From an uncultured Treponemataceae bacterium (lineage in GTDB: Bacteria; Spirochaetota; Spirochaetia; Treponematales; Rectinemataceae): a DNA stretch of 64,000 nt. This document shows positions 25,469 through 34,879 of this stretch, piece by piece. The translations under genes and the position numbers were made by a program. The stretch is from assembly GCA_964396415.1 (NCBI GenBank), contig CAYNFM010000002.1, positions 25,866-89,865 of the forward strand, written 5' to 3'. The notes below the pieces were generated by a model. The model was not told the origin of the DNA. It saw nothing but the letters and a program-made list of their open reading frames with translations, and made no database searches. Position 1 is the stretch's first letter. Every line of letters begins with the position of its first letter.

Positions 25469-26922
25469 GAGCGCTCGATTACCAGCAAGCTCATGTCGTC
25501 AATGTAGCTCCCTGCCCTCGTCTCCCGCGAGCGGCGTCGGAACGCATCGACGAAGTCTTCCAGGGCCAGGCCCCGAAACCCGTCCGCGAAGGTGTTCAAG
25601 CTATCTAGGGAATTCTCGAGGAGACCCTCGCCGAAAACCGCGAATAGCCCGTCCGAGGCGATGAGGAGCCGATCCCCCGACGAAAGGACGCCGGTAGCCT
25701 CCTCGATGTCGGCATCTACGATGACGCCGACCGCCGCGCCTTTCGTGTAGTGGACACGCATCCCTCCGTCGGACGCGAGATGCAGCACGGGCGAATAGCC
25801 CGCGCGCGCCACTTTATATTCTCCCGACGACCTATCCATCGTTCCGTAGGCGATCGTGAAAAAACTACTCCCCATCGCGTCCTCGGCTTTATGACCGTAT
25901 CGCTCGTAGAGCGAGCGCACGATGTCGGCCGGCGCCGGTGCCTTGCCGCCCCTTCCCCAGCCGAGGACGGGAAGGAGGTCGCGGAGCGAGAAGGCCATCA
26001 GAGACGCGAGGATTCCATGTCCCATGACGTCGAAGCCATAGAAGGCGATCTCGTTCTCTCCCGCGGAGAAGACATCGAAGAAATCGCCGGAGCCCGAGAG
26101 ACAGGGTTCGAGGAAGCCGCAGACCTTATAACCTGGACCGGCCGCCGAAGGCATGGGGAGGAGACGGATCAAGGCCGCGTTGGCCTCAGCGGCGGAGGCC
26201 TCGAGAAGAAGACGCTCGCGCCGATCCATGCTTCCGAACACGACGAGACTGCCGTACTCGCGGCCGTCGGAGCGAAGAAGACGCTCAACGGATGCGACCT
26301 TGCCCGCCGATCTGTCGTCGTCATCCCTCAGCTTGACAAGCCTGCGTCCCGGATCCTTCCAGCCTTTCTCCAATATGCGCGAGAGCTCGACTCGCGCCAG
26401 CAGACTCGGGTCGGATAGCTTCAGAAAGGCGATCGCCGCCTTGTTCGCGTGCGCGATCCGCCCGTCCAGATCGGCGATCAGCGCGGGTTCCTCCAAGACG
26501 TCGACCAGGGATATCGCCCCGCGCAGCTCGCGCTTAAGCGGCTCGCCGCTCTTGGCGCGCGAGAGGGCCAGCTGCACATTGGCTGCGAGCTCGCGCTCAT
26601 CGAAAGGCTTGAGCAAAAAGGCATCGGGACCCGTCAAGGCGGCTCGCCTCAGCGTATCTGGATCGGAATAGGCGGTAAGATATATCACCGGGAGGTCGAA
26701 CTCCGCTTTGGCCTGATAAGCCGCCTCGATGCCGTCTAAACTTCCACGTAGCCGAATATCCATCAGCATGAGATCGGGCTGGTGACGCGCCACGGCCTGA
26801 ACGACCGCTTCGCCCGACTCGAGCACCTCTGGCACGAAATAACCCAGACGCTCGAGGTCTTCCTTCAATTCCAGCCCAACCAGCGTTTCGTCCTCAACGA
26901 CCAGAATCGTCTCTTTTGTCAT
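25465..26922 (-). CDS. response regulator receiver + PP2C/SpoIIE phosphatase (RsbU-like)
   Basis: Trimmed to MTKETILVVEDE (CAGGAGGAA RBS). Receiver Asp in LMLMDIRL. PP2C motifs GDFFDVF, DVMGHG, ASDGLF. Confidence 0.85.
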   Translation of the reverse strand: MTKETILVVEDETLVGLELKEDLERLGYFVPEVLESGEAVVQAVARHQPDLMLMDIRLRGSLDGIEAAYQAKAEFDLPVIYLTAYSDPDTLRRAALTGPDAFLLKPFDERELAANVQLALSRAKSGEPLKRELRGAISLVDVLEEPALIADLDGRIAHANKAAIAFLKLSDPSLLARVELSRILEKGWKDPGRRLVKLRDDDDRSAGKVASVERLLRSDGREYGSLVVFGSMDRRERLLLEASAAEANAALIRLLPMPSAAGPGYKVCGFLEPCLSGSGDFFDVFSAGENEIAFYGFDVMGHGILASLMAFSLRDLLPVLGWGRGGKAPAPADIVRSLYERYGHKAEDAMGSSFFTIAYGTMDRSSGEYKVARAGYSPVLHLASDGGMRVHYTKGAAVGVIVDADIEEATGVLSSGDRLLIASDGLFAVFGEGLLENSLDSLNTFADGFRGLALEDFVDAFRRRSRETRAGSYIDDMSLLVIERS

Positions 26923-26947
26923 GTATTCCTCCTGAATATAAGGCGAA

Positions 26948-28849
26948 TTACCCATCGCTCGATTTCGAGGCATGCGCTTCGCCGATCGGGAAGCGCAGCT
27001 CCACGACCGCCCCGGGACCCTTCCCGATGTGGACGCTCGCCCGATGCTTCTTGGCCAGGCTGGAGATGAGGCGAAAGCCCAAAGTCGGGAAGGCCTCGAC
27101 GAAGGAACTTTCGGCAAAACCGGGCCCATCGTCTTCCACTACCAAGGCAAGGATTGGTCCCATTCTTCGAATCCGTACGCGTATCTTGCCGCGATGCGCT
27201 GGCCCGAAGGCGTACTTATAGGAATTAGCCACCAACTCGGCCATGATGATCCCGAGATCGATACAGAGATCGGCAGGAACGATAACGCTCTCCGACTCGA
27301 CTAGAAGCGTCTCCTCGCCTTCGATGCCGTAGCCATCCGCCAACAGGCCGGCGAGGTTCTGCGCATAGTCGCCGACATCCACCACTTCCGCCGAATCCAG
27401 GGCGTAGAGTTTCTCGTGGACGAGGCCTATCGCCCGGATCCGTCCCTGCATCGACGAATACGCGGCCAGAACGGCGGGATTCTCGACCCGATGCGCCTGT
27501 AGCGTGGCAATGCTCGACACGATCTGTAGGCTGTTCTTGACGCGATGATGCACCTCTCGTATCAAGAGTTCCTTCGCGGCCAGCGCCTGCCTCAGCTGGC
27601 TTTGGGTCGATGAATGGCGCCCCGCCAACGCGTAGGCCTGGGTCCCAATGAAGATAATCATCCCATAAGAAAAGAAGTTACCGCTATCTATGATAAAACT
27701 CGAATACAATATCTCATTAATCGCGGCGACGGCGAGAGCAGCGGCTCCGAGAAGCAGAGGGAGGGCGCCGATCCTTCTGTGAGTGAGCGATCGAGCGGTT
27801 ATGACGCCGACTGCGACGATGATGGCTGCGGCCAAAAAATAGTAGGGCTGAATGCTCCAAGTCAGAACACGCAGGGGCACAAGGGGGACAAGGGCCAGGA
27901 ACAGGACGCAAATCGAGAGGAGTACCCTCGTCGCTCGCGAATCATGGTCCTCCGGAAACAGGCTCGAGAAGAAAAGCAGGCCTATGGGGAAGATCGTATA
28001 GTCGCAAAGATACTCGAGCCTTATCAGGAGATCGAAGCTCAGCGACGGGAAAAGGCGAACGATGGCGTATTCCCCCGTGACGATGGCGCGAAGGCCCGAC
28101 ATTATGGAAAAGATGCAAAAGTATATAAAACCCCTGCCTTCGATGCCTCCTCTTATGAAGAATGCAAATAATACGGCCAGGACGGCCAAGGACGAGGCCA
28201 AGGCGAGCGAGCCCGTCTCCCCAGCCCAGTCCTGACGCTCGAGAGACTCTATCTCGCCGAGATAGAAGGGTCGCCATATTCCGCCGACTCGATACTCGTA
28301 ATTCGATACGCGGACCACCAAGACAAGACTCGCTGCGCTTTGCGAAAGGATCGCCACGCCCGGCTTGTATGCGGGAAGGTCTCGCGTCGAATCGAGAGCC
28401 GGCCGACCGCCGCTTGCCACGAGAACGCCATCGGAATCGAGCTCGAAAGCCGTAGAAACCGTAGTATATTTGATCCCGAGCGAAGGCCGGTGATCCGGGA
28501 GAAGCACGGTAAGGCGGTAAGTCCCCGCTCCGATTCCCCGAGCGCTGCCCATCGTCTTATCCGTCCAACGGTCCGGAACCCTCCGTTCGCCGCTTCGCGA
28601 CGCGAGAAGGCCAGCCTCTCCCCTTAAAAGGACCCTCGGGAAGAAATCCCAGTCTCCTTTGAGCCTGACTGCTCCATCTCGCTGAAAATCCCAGCTGCGC
28701 AGATCCAGGACGCCTCCCGTCGCCGATGGGAGCGTCGACCGCTGACTCGCGCATCCGGTCGCGAGCCCGGCGAGGAGGATGAGCTTCGCCAATGTGGCAT
28801 GAGCACGCATCGCGATGCTGACGGAACTCGAACCCAGGCTTCGAATCAT
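26948..28849 (-). CDS. 7TMR-DISM sensor histidine kinase (DISMED2 + 7TM + HisKA_2 + HATPase)
   Basis: Start at MIRSLG (GGAAGG RBS) or Met at 28810. Lipobox LLAGLATGC. DISMED2-like LDLRSWDFQRDGAVRLKGDWDFF. Seven TM helices. HHRVKNSLQIV H-box. Confidence 0.85.
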   Translation of the reverse strand: MIRSLGSSSVSIAMRAHATLAKLILLAGLATGCASQRSTLPSATGGVLDLRSWDFQRDGAVRLKGDWDFFPRVLLRGEAGLLASRSGERRVPDRWTDKTMGSARGIGAGTYRLTVLLPDHRPSLGIKYTTVSTAFELDSDGVLVASGGRPALDSTRDLPAYKPGVAILSQSAASLVLVVRVSNYEYRVGGIWRPFYLGEIESLERQDWAGETGSLALASSLAVLAVLFAFFIRGGIEGRGFIYFCIFSIMSGLRAIVTGEYAIVRLFPSLSFDLLIRLEYLCDYTIFPIGLLFFSSLFPEDHDSRATRVLLSICVLFLALVPLVPLRVLTWSIQPYYFLAAAIIVAVGVITARSLTHRRIGALPLLLGAAALAVAAINEILYSSFIIDSGNFFSYGMIIFIGTQAYALAGRHSSTQSQLRQALAAKELLIREVHHRVKNSLQIVSSIATLQAHRVENPAVLAAYSSMQGRIRAIGLVHEKLYALDSAEVVDVGDYAQNLAGLLADGYGIEGEETLLVESESVIVPADLCIDLGIIMAELVANSYKYAFGPAHRGKIRVRIRRMGPILALVVEDDGPGFAESSFVEAFPTLGFRLISSLAKKHRASVHIGKGPGAVVELRFPIGEAHASKSSDG

Positions 28850-29112
28850 CCCGGCCTTCCGTGGGCACATAAAATCAAGCCCCCTCGACGAGAGGGATTG
28901 TTCTACCGGTGCCCGTACCGGTCGGCGCGACGATCGATGAAGAGGCAAGTTGTCGCTGGACTATCGGGCTTTTTTAAATTGACAGAAAATTAATAATACC
29001 GTGCCGATAAGTCAATTTGCAATACCCCGCTTATTATCCTGGCGCAATCCCCCTCGGATCTAGCTTCGTTTTGCGTATGCCGGTCCCGCGGCCAGGACGG
29101 AGGCTCGAAGGC

Positions 29113-31650
29113 TCATGCCCAGCGAATCAAGCCAGGGACGTAGGGACTCGCCAAGGCGGGATGCTTGGGAAGCACTCGCGCCGAGTAGCCGTGCTGGCCC
29201 GTCCTGTCGCAGGTAATGGTAACACGGTATTCCCAGGCTTTTCCCCTGGACTCTACCGCTCTCATCTCGTCGCGGGAGGCGTTCGTGATCCCGTCCTGGA
29301 TAGTGACGGGGCCATGATAGAGTTCCACCGCCGCTTCGGAAGGCTCGAGGCCGCCCAGGTCCACTAGGGCGGTAACCGTTACCGAGTCGCCGCGCTCCAT
29401 AATAGGCTTCGCGTCGGTACGGAGATCGCTTATCGCGACCGCCGGCCATGCCTTGCGCGCCTTCGCGAGGTAGGCCGCGAGATCCTTGGCGCTCTCGAGC
29501 TTTCCCGCGGAGAGGCGTCTCCCGTAATCGAGGGCTGGAAAGTAGAACCTCTCGGAATACTCCTTGAGCATTCGGTGGGTCGAGAAACGCTGACCTATCG
29601 ATTTCATCGAGGCCTTCATCCGCTTTATCCAATCGCGCGGCAGACCGTCGCGGCCTCTCTGGTAGAATAACGGCACGATTTCATGCTCTAGAAGGTCATA
29701 CAGGGCCTCGCTCTCGATGCGGTCCTGCAGCTCTTCGTCCTGATATTCTTCGCCGGAGCCTATGGCCCAGCCGACTTCGGGGCTATAGCCCTCCGCCCAC
29801 CAGCCGTCGAGTACGGAACAATTGAGTACGCCGTTGACGCCGGCCTTCATCCCGCTCGTACCCGAGGCCTCGAGGGGCCGCCGCGGGGTATTGAGCCAGA
29901 CGTCGGAGCCCGAAGTGAGATACCGGGACATGGTCATATCATAGTCTTCAAGGAAGATGATGCGGCTCTGAACCTCTTCGCGTCTGGAGAAGTGCACAAG
30001 CTCCTTGATTATCTCCTTGCCGGGGAGATCGTGGGGATGCGCCTTCCCTGCAAAGATCATCTGTACTGGCCGCTGCGGATCGGAAATCAGGCGAAGGAGG
30101 CGATCGGGGTCGCGAAGGAGGAGGTTGCCCCGCTTGTAGGTCGCGAATCGCCTCGCGAAGGAGATCGTGATGGCGTAGGGCGAGAGCACGTCTTCGGCGC
30201 GGTGGAGCGCTCCCTCGGCGGCGCCGGCCCGCCTCATCGCGCGCTTGAGCCGGTCGCGGGCGAAGACGACGAGCCTCTCCCTCCTCCGCTCGTGCGTACG
30301 CCACAGCTCCTCGTCTGAGATGCGGTCTAGCCGGTCCCACATATCCAGATTGGCGGGCTCTTCGTAAAAGCGGGGACCGAAATAGCGATCGAGGAGCTCG
30401 AGCATGTTGTGCGAGACCCAGGTACGAGGATGTACGCCGTTCGTGATCGAGGAAATGGGTACTTCGTCGAGGGGGAGGGAAGGCCAAAGACCCGCCCACA
30501 TCTTCCGGGAAACGACGCCGTGAAGCTGGGCGACACCGTTCGCGAAAGCCGAGAGCTTGAGCGCGAAGACGGTGACGCAGAAGCTTTCGTTGTGGTCGTC
30601 GGGGCGTTCTCGACCCAGGGCCAGGAATTCCTGCCATTCTACTCCGAGCTGCTGCGCCCAAGACCTGAAGTACTTCTCCATTAGGTCGAGGCCGAAACGC
30701 TCGTTGCCGGCCGGCACGGGCGTGTGCGTCGTGAAGATATTCGTCGGCCATACCGCCTGAACTGCCTCGGCGAAAGAGAAAGAATGCTCGACCATCACTT
30801 CGCGGATGCGCTCGAGCGCGAGGAAGGCGGAGTGCCCCTCGTTCATGTGAGTGACCACGACATCCACGCCGAGAGCGCGGAGGGCGCGAATGCCGCCGAC
30901 GCCCAGGAGAATCTCCTGCCGGATCCGGGTCTCGTTATCTCCGCCATACAGAGCCGAAGTGATCGCCCTGTCCTCGGACGAGTTCTCCTCGATGTTGGTA
31001 TCGAGGAGGAATAGGGAGGCTCTCCCGACCGTCACCTCCCAGATCTGGGCGGCGACGACCCTGCCTGCCATCTCCACCGAGATGAGGATGGGCTTACCTT
31101 TATCGTCGAGGCAACGATGGACCGGCATATTGTACCAGTCGTTCTCAGGATAGGACTCCTGTTGGAAGCCGTCTGGATTGAGGTATTGCTTGAAGTAGCC
31201 CTGCCTATAAAGAAGGCCCATGCCCACCAGAGGGAGGCCCATATCGCTCGAGGCTTTCATATGGTCGCCGGAAAGGATGCCTAGGCCGCCTGAATAGGTG
31301 GGCAGGGATACGTCGAGCCCGTATTCCATGGAGAAATAAGCCACCATGCCTTCATGGTCGCCTTTATACCAAGTATCGCCGTTCTTGTAACGCTCGAATT
31401 TCTCTTCCACCATCTTGAGCGCGGCGATATAGGAATCATCCTGCGCGAGTTCGTCGTACCGCTCTTGCGGGACCATGCCGAGCATCATCGCAGGATTTTG
31501 ATTCGACTGCAGCCATACGTCGTAATCGAGTCGCATGAAGAGCGTAATCGCTTCGAAGTTCCAGGAGAGCCAAAGGTTATGGGCCATTTCCTCGAGAGAG
31601 GATAGGGCTGGCGGTATCTTGGGTTTTACGGTATGAGAAAGAATTTTCAT
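29113..31650 (-). CDS. glgP: alpha-glucan (glycogen/maltodextrin) phosphorylase, GT35, DUF3417-type
   Basis: 845 aa. PLP-lysine motif EASGTSGMKAGVNG. GGLGILSGD. Confidence 0.9.
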   Translation of the reverse strand: MKILSHTVKPKIPPALSSLEEMAHNLWLSWNFEAITLFMRLDYDVWLQSNQNPAMMLGMVPQERYDELAQDDSYIAALKMVEEKFERYKNGDTWYKGDHEGMVAYFSMEYGLDVSLPTYSGGLGILSGDHMKASSDMGLPLVGMGLLYRQGYFKQYLNPDGFQQESYPENDWYNMPVHRCLDDKGKPILISVEMAGRVVAAQIWEVTVGRASLFLLDTNIEENSSEDRAITSALYGGDNETRIRQEILLGVGGIRALRALGVDVVVTHMNEGHSAFLALERIREVMVEHSFSFAEAVQAVWPTNIFTTHTPVPAGNERFGLDLMEKYFRSWAQQLGVEWQEFLALGRERPDDHNESFCVTVFALKLSAFANGVAQLHGVVSRKMWAGLWPSLPLDEVPISSITNGVHPRTWVSHNMLELLDRYFGPRFYEEPANLDMWDRLDRISDEELWRTHERRRERLVVFARDRLKRAMRRAGAAEGALHRAEDVLSPYAITISFARRFATYKRGNLLLRDPDRLLRLISDPQRPVQMIFAGKAHPHDLPGKEIIKELVHFSRREEVQSRIIFLEDYDMTMSRYLTSGSDVWLNTPRRPLEASGTSGMKAGVNGVLNCSVLDGWWAEGYSPEVGWAIGSGEEYQDEELQDRIESEALYDLLEHEIVPLFYQRGRDGLPRDWIKRMKASMKSIGQRFSTHRMLKEYSERFYFPALDYGRRLSAGKLESAKDLAAYLAKARKAWPAVAISDLRTDAKPIMERGDSVTVTALVDLGGLEPSEAAVELYHGPVTIQDGITNASRDEMRAVESRGKAWEYRVTITCDRTGQHGYSARVLPKHPALASPYVPGLIRWA

Positions 31651-31785
31651 AAAATGCCTCCGGCGTTTCTCACGGAAATCCTAGCCGACCCACAGAGCGG
31701 AGTCAATACTTAACCGGTTTATGGAAGGGAACATCTTTCAAAGCGCATTTCGGGCCTGTATACTTCTTGCGAATCGGAGGTTTTA

Positions 31786-33012
31786 ATGGCAGAATCGGGA
31801 ATAAGGATCTATCCCTATCGCTGGGTAGTGCTCATCGCATTTATGCTCATCAATGTCATGGTTCAGGTACTGTGGATATGCTTCGCCCCTATTGCAAGCA
31901 TCGCGGCTACCGCGTATGGCGTGAAGCGAGACGACATCGATCTTCTTGCGAATCTCTTCATGCTCGTCTATATCCCGATTTCCTTCCCGGCCTCCTGGGC
32001 AATAGACAGCTTCGGATTCAAGAAGGCGGTCGGGTTCGGAGCGACCCTCATGGCCGTATTCGCCATTCTACGTGCGGTCTTTCCGTTCAGCTATACTGCG
32101 GCCCTCATCGGCGCAATCGGTATCTCTATAGGACAGCCCTTCCTTCTCAACGCATTCACGAAATTGGCCGCCACGTGGTTCCCCCAGAAGCAGCGCGCGA
32201 CCATCACCGGCGTCATGTTCCTGGCCTTGTTCGCCGGCATCGGCTTGGGGGAGACGCTGGGTCCCGCCCTCGTATCCGCTTCCGGCTTCGCGGGCATGCA
32301 GATAATCTACGCCGTCGCCACGACCGCTTCCGTCGCCTTCTTCCTCGTCTTCGCGCGAGCCAAGCCCCCCACATCCGCAAGTCCCCAGGGGGAGGATTCG
32401 CGTGCCCTGGTGCTCGACGGCTTGCGGCAAATACTGAAGAAGCGCGATGTATACCTGATGTCCCTCGCCCTTTTCCTTGGCAGCGGCATCGTCAATGGAG
32501 TCTTTACGCTTATAGACGGAATTGGCAAGGAGAAATCCTTTTCCGTCGAACAAGGAGTCCTCTTGACGACCGTTCTGCTTCTTGGCGGTATCGTCGGAAG
32601 CATCGTCATCCCGGCCATTTCGGATTCCATCAGGCGGCGAAAGCCTCTCTTGCTTATAGGTCTCTTCCTGGCGGTGCCCGCCACCCTCGGACTCGCTTTA
32701 GGGAGGGGCTTCGCTGCGGAGTTCACGAGCTTCTTCATCATGGGCTTCTGCATCACCGGGCTTACTCCCCTAGCCTATCAGTACGGAGCAGAGATCACCC
32801 ACCCGGCGCCCGAAGGCACGAGCAACGGAATCTTCGCCTTGGTCGTTCAGGCATCGGGCTTCTTGATCCTTCTCATGGACGGCCTCAAGAGCGCGTTCAA
32901 AGGCTCTTACATGCCTTCGATAACCGGACTCGCACTGCTTCTCGCTATAAGCGGAGTCCTGCTTTGCTTTATAAAGGAGTCCCCCGAGATGAGCCGGCGC
33001 TCAGCCAAGTAG
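31786..33012 (+). CDS. MFS transporter
   Basis: 408 aa, about 12 hydrophobic helices, GGAGG RBS. Confidence 0.8.
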   Translation: MAESGIRIYPYRWVVLIAFMLINVMVQVLWICFAPIASIAATAYGVKRDDIDLLANLFMLVYIPISFPASWAIDSFGFKKAVGFGATLMAVFAILRAVFPFSYTAALIGAIGISIGQPFLLNAFTKLAATWFPQKQRATITGVMFLALFAGIGLGETLGPALVSASGFAGMQIIYAVATTASVAFFLVFARAKPPTSASPQGEDSRALVLDGLRQILKKRDVYLMSLALFLGSGIVNGVFTLIDGIGKEKSFSVEQGVLLTTVLLLGGIVGSIVIPAISDSIRRRKPLLLIGLFLAVPATLGLALGRGFAAEFTSFFIMGFCITGLTPLAYQYGAEITHPAPEGTSNGIFALVVQASGFLILLMDGLKSAFKGSYMPSITGLALLLAISGVLLCFIKESPEMSRRSAK

Positions 33013-33037
33013 GTTTCGGCGTCCCGTCTCCGAGCTG

Positions 33038-34879
33038 CTAGCCTTTGTTTTTGCGGAGCCCGCCGAGGATGCGGCCGACCAGGCCTTCATGCTTGATCGC
33101 GGGTTCCGGCAAGGGAGGCTTCTGCGTCGCCCGGGGAGTCTCGGGAACTTTCGCCGAACTCGCCGGCCGATCTTTCCCGCTTCTACCCTGAGCCCCTTGA
33201 ATCTGAGCTCCGCGACCCGGGCTCTGATGGCCGCCGCTTCGCGGCATCTTCGGTTGGCCGCCCTGACCTTTTTGGGGACCGATTCTTGCCTGGCTCTCGC
33301 CGAAGCCGCGGCCGTACTTCTCGCGATAGAGCTTCATCCGCTCTTCCATCGGTATATCGTAGGGATTCCCCGGCATACCGGCCTTCTGCATGCCATGCCC
33401 TCGCTGACCCGGGCCGGCCCTATCGACAGGAGGCCGGGCCGGCGGCCGAGACGATGGTCGAGCCGTCGGCTGACGTTGAGCCGGCATCATTTGGGATTGC
33501 GGCCTTCCCGACCCTCGTCGGGAATTCTCGAGTCCCGCATCTTTGTTCGCCGCCTGAGGCGGGCCGCTGATGCCAAGCGTTCCGCCCGTCGCCTCGGAGA
33601 TGCTCTTGCGGATATCCGGACTGGCGCGAGGATCGCGCGAGAGGGACTCGCGTCTCTGGGGCGGGGAACGCCGAGCATCTCTCAGATAGGCGTCGCCCCG
33701 CGGCCTTCGCTCGGCGCCCTTGCCCTCGCTTCGATCTACCGCCTCGAGCATCGAGTCGGCGGCGGGCAGGGCCTCTAGCTTGGCGTCGATGTACTGCTCA
33801 ACGGCGGGCAATCCATAGATGTAACGATCGCAGGCGAGGCTGACGACCTTGGCGTTCGGATCGGAGCGATCGAGCATCTCGAGCCGCTTTACGAAAAGCT
33901 CGGGCTCGAGGGGGATATCGTAATTCACGATCAGCGGGAAAACGCCCGGCGTGAGGCCCTCGGCGCCTTCATCGCTGAGGACCAGGCACGTGCAATCTCC
34001 CGCCCTGAATTTCTCGATGAGGGCGAATTTCCGCTCCGGGGACAGGGAAGCGAAGACCGAGTCGGAGGCTATGCCATTCATCGCGAGGCGGCGCGTCACA
34101 TCGCTCGCGGTATCCCTCAGGTTGCAATAGACGCAAAGACGGACAGGCTTTTCGCGTGCGATAAGCCCAAGGAGAAATTTGAGTTTGGCCTCGATGGGAA
34201 CCTTCCAGGTCTCTTTACGCACGCTCTGGGCCTTGGCGACCTCTCCCTCGATGCTGATCTCGGAAGGATTGTCGGCCAAATCCCAAGCTAGATTCTTGAC
34301 CTTGACCGAGAACCTCGAGCAGGCCAGCGCGCTGCGCCTTTCCCAGGACGGAAGAAGGGAACCGCAGAATTTGCGAATCGTTTCGGAGGGAAGTTCCACG
34401 AGGCGATCCACCTCGTCGACAACGAGATAGCCGTAGTCCCGTAAATTGAGCGCAGGCGATCCAAGCAGGCCTTCGACCTCGCCGATGAGGACCGTAGCGG
34501 CAGGATCGCCCTCAAGGCAATAAGCGGAATCGACGGCGGCCTCGCCTCCTGCGGCGGCGCGATCTCGCAGGACCTTGCAGACGCCCAGATCGGCCTCCGA
34601 GCCTAGACGGCGGATGGCGGCAGCGCAGCGTTCCGCGCTCGCCTGGTCCGACGCAACGACGAGAAGCCTGCGTTTATCGCCTGAGAGCACCCACTGCAGC
34701 GCCGGTAAAAGAAGGACTTCCTCGCGTCCGGCATCGAGGGCGATCTTCGCGCAGACATTCTCTTGCCGCTCGACCGCGTGAGCGAGCATTTTCTCGTAGA
34801 AGAAGAAACTGGTCGGAAGGCCTTCGGCCGCGGCGGCGAGCCGAGGATCGATACCGAATCGTTGAAAATCCATGGCCAA
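33038..34879 (-). CDS. DEAD-box helicase-fold protein with degenerate catalytic motifs and R/G/P/Q-rich C-terminal tail
   Basis: 613 aa. Collinear with DEAD-box motifs, but motif I is ALDAGREE, II is DEVD, III is CSR, V is AEGLT and VI is KRLEMLDR. Confidence 0.75.
   Translation of the reverse strand: MAMDFQRFGIDPRLAAAAEGLPTSFFFYEKMLAHAVERQENVCAKIALDAGREEVLLLPALQWVLSGDKRRLLVVASDQASAERCAAAIRRLGSEADLGVCKVLRDRAAAGGEAAVDSAYCLEGDPAATVLIGEVEGLLGSPALNLRDYGYLVVDEVDRLVELPSETIRKFCGSLLPSWERRSALACSRFSVKVKNLAWDLADNPSEISIEGEVAKAQSVRKETWKVPIEAKLKFLLGLIAREKPVRLCVYCNLRDTASDVTRRLAMNGIASDSVFASLSPERKFALIEKFRAGDCTCLVLSDEGAEGLTPGVFPLIVNYDIPLEPELFVKRLEMLDRSDPNAKVVSLACDRYIYGLPAVEQYIDAKLEALPAADSMLEAVDRSEGKGAERRPRGDAYLRDARRSPPQRRESLSRDPRASPDIRKSISEATGGTLGISGPPQAANKDAGLENSRRGSGRPQSQMMPAQRQPTARPSSRPPARPPVDRAGPGQRGHGMQKAGMPGNPYDIPMEERMKLYREKYGRGFGESQARIGPQKGQGGQPKMPRSGGHQSPGRGAQIQGAQGRSGKDRPASSAKVPETPRATQKPPLPEPAIKHEGLVGRILGGLRKNKG

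Noticed and set aside
28821-28836. GGAACTCGAACCC, resembling the reverse complement of a tRNA T-arm
   Set aside because: The minus-strand reading (GGGTTCGAGTTCC) gives only a 3-bp T-stem and no acceptor pairing. The bases lie in the 5' part of the sensor-kinase ORF (signal-peptide region if the start is Met at 28849).
25465-28948. N-terminal extensions in the ORF track for the PP2C regulator (to 27129) and the kinase (to 28948). The same issue arises at 3867, 19579, 20274, 14916, 14147, 35075, 45601, 42620 and 60459.
   Set aside because: The extensions overlap neighbouring genes or run through intergenic DNA, are Arg/Ser/Pro-rich, and internal Met codons with good Shine-Dalgarno sequences coincide with the start of the conserved domains.
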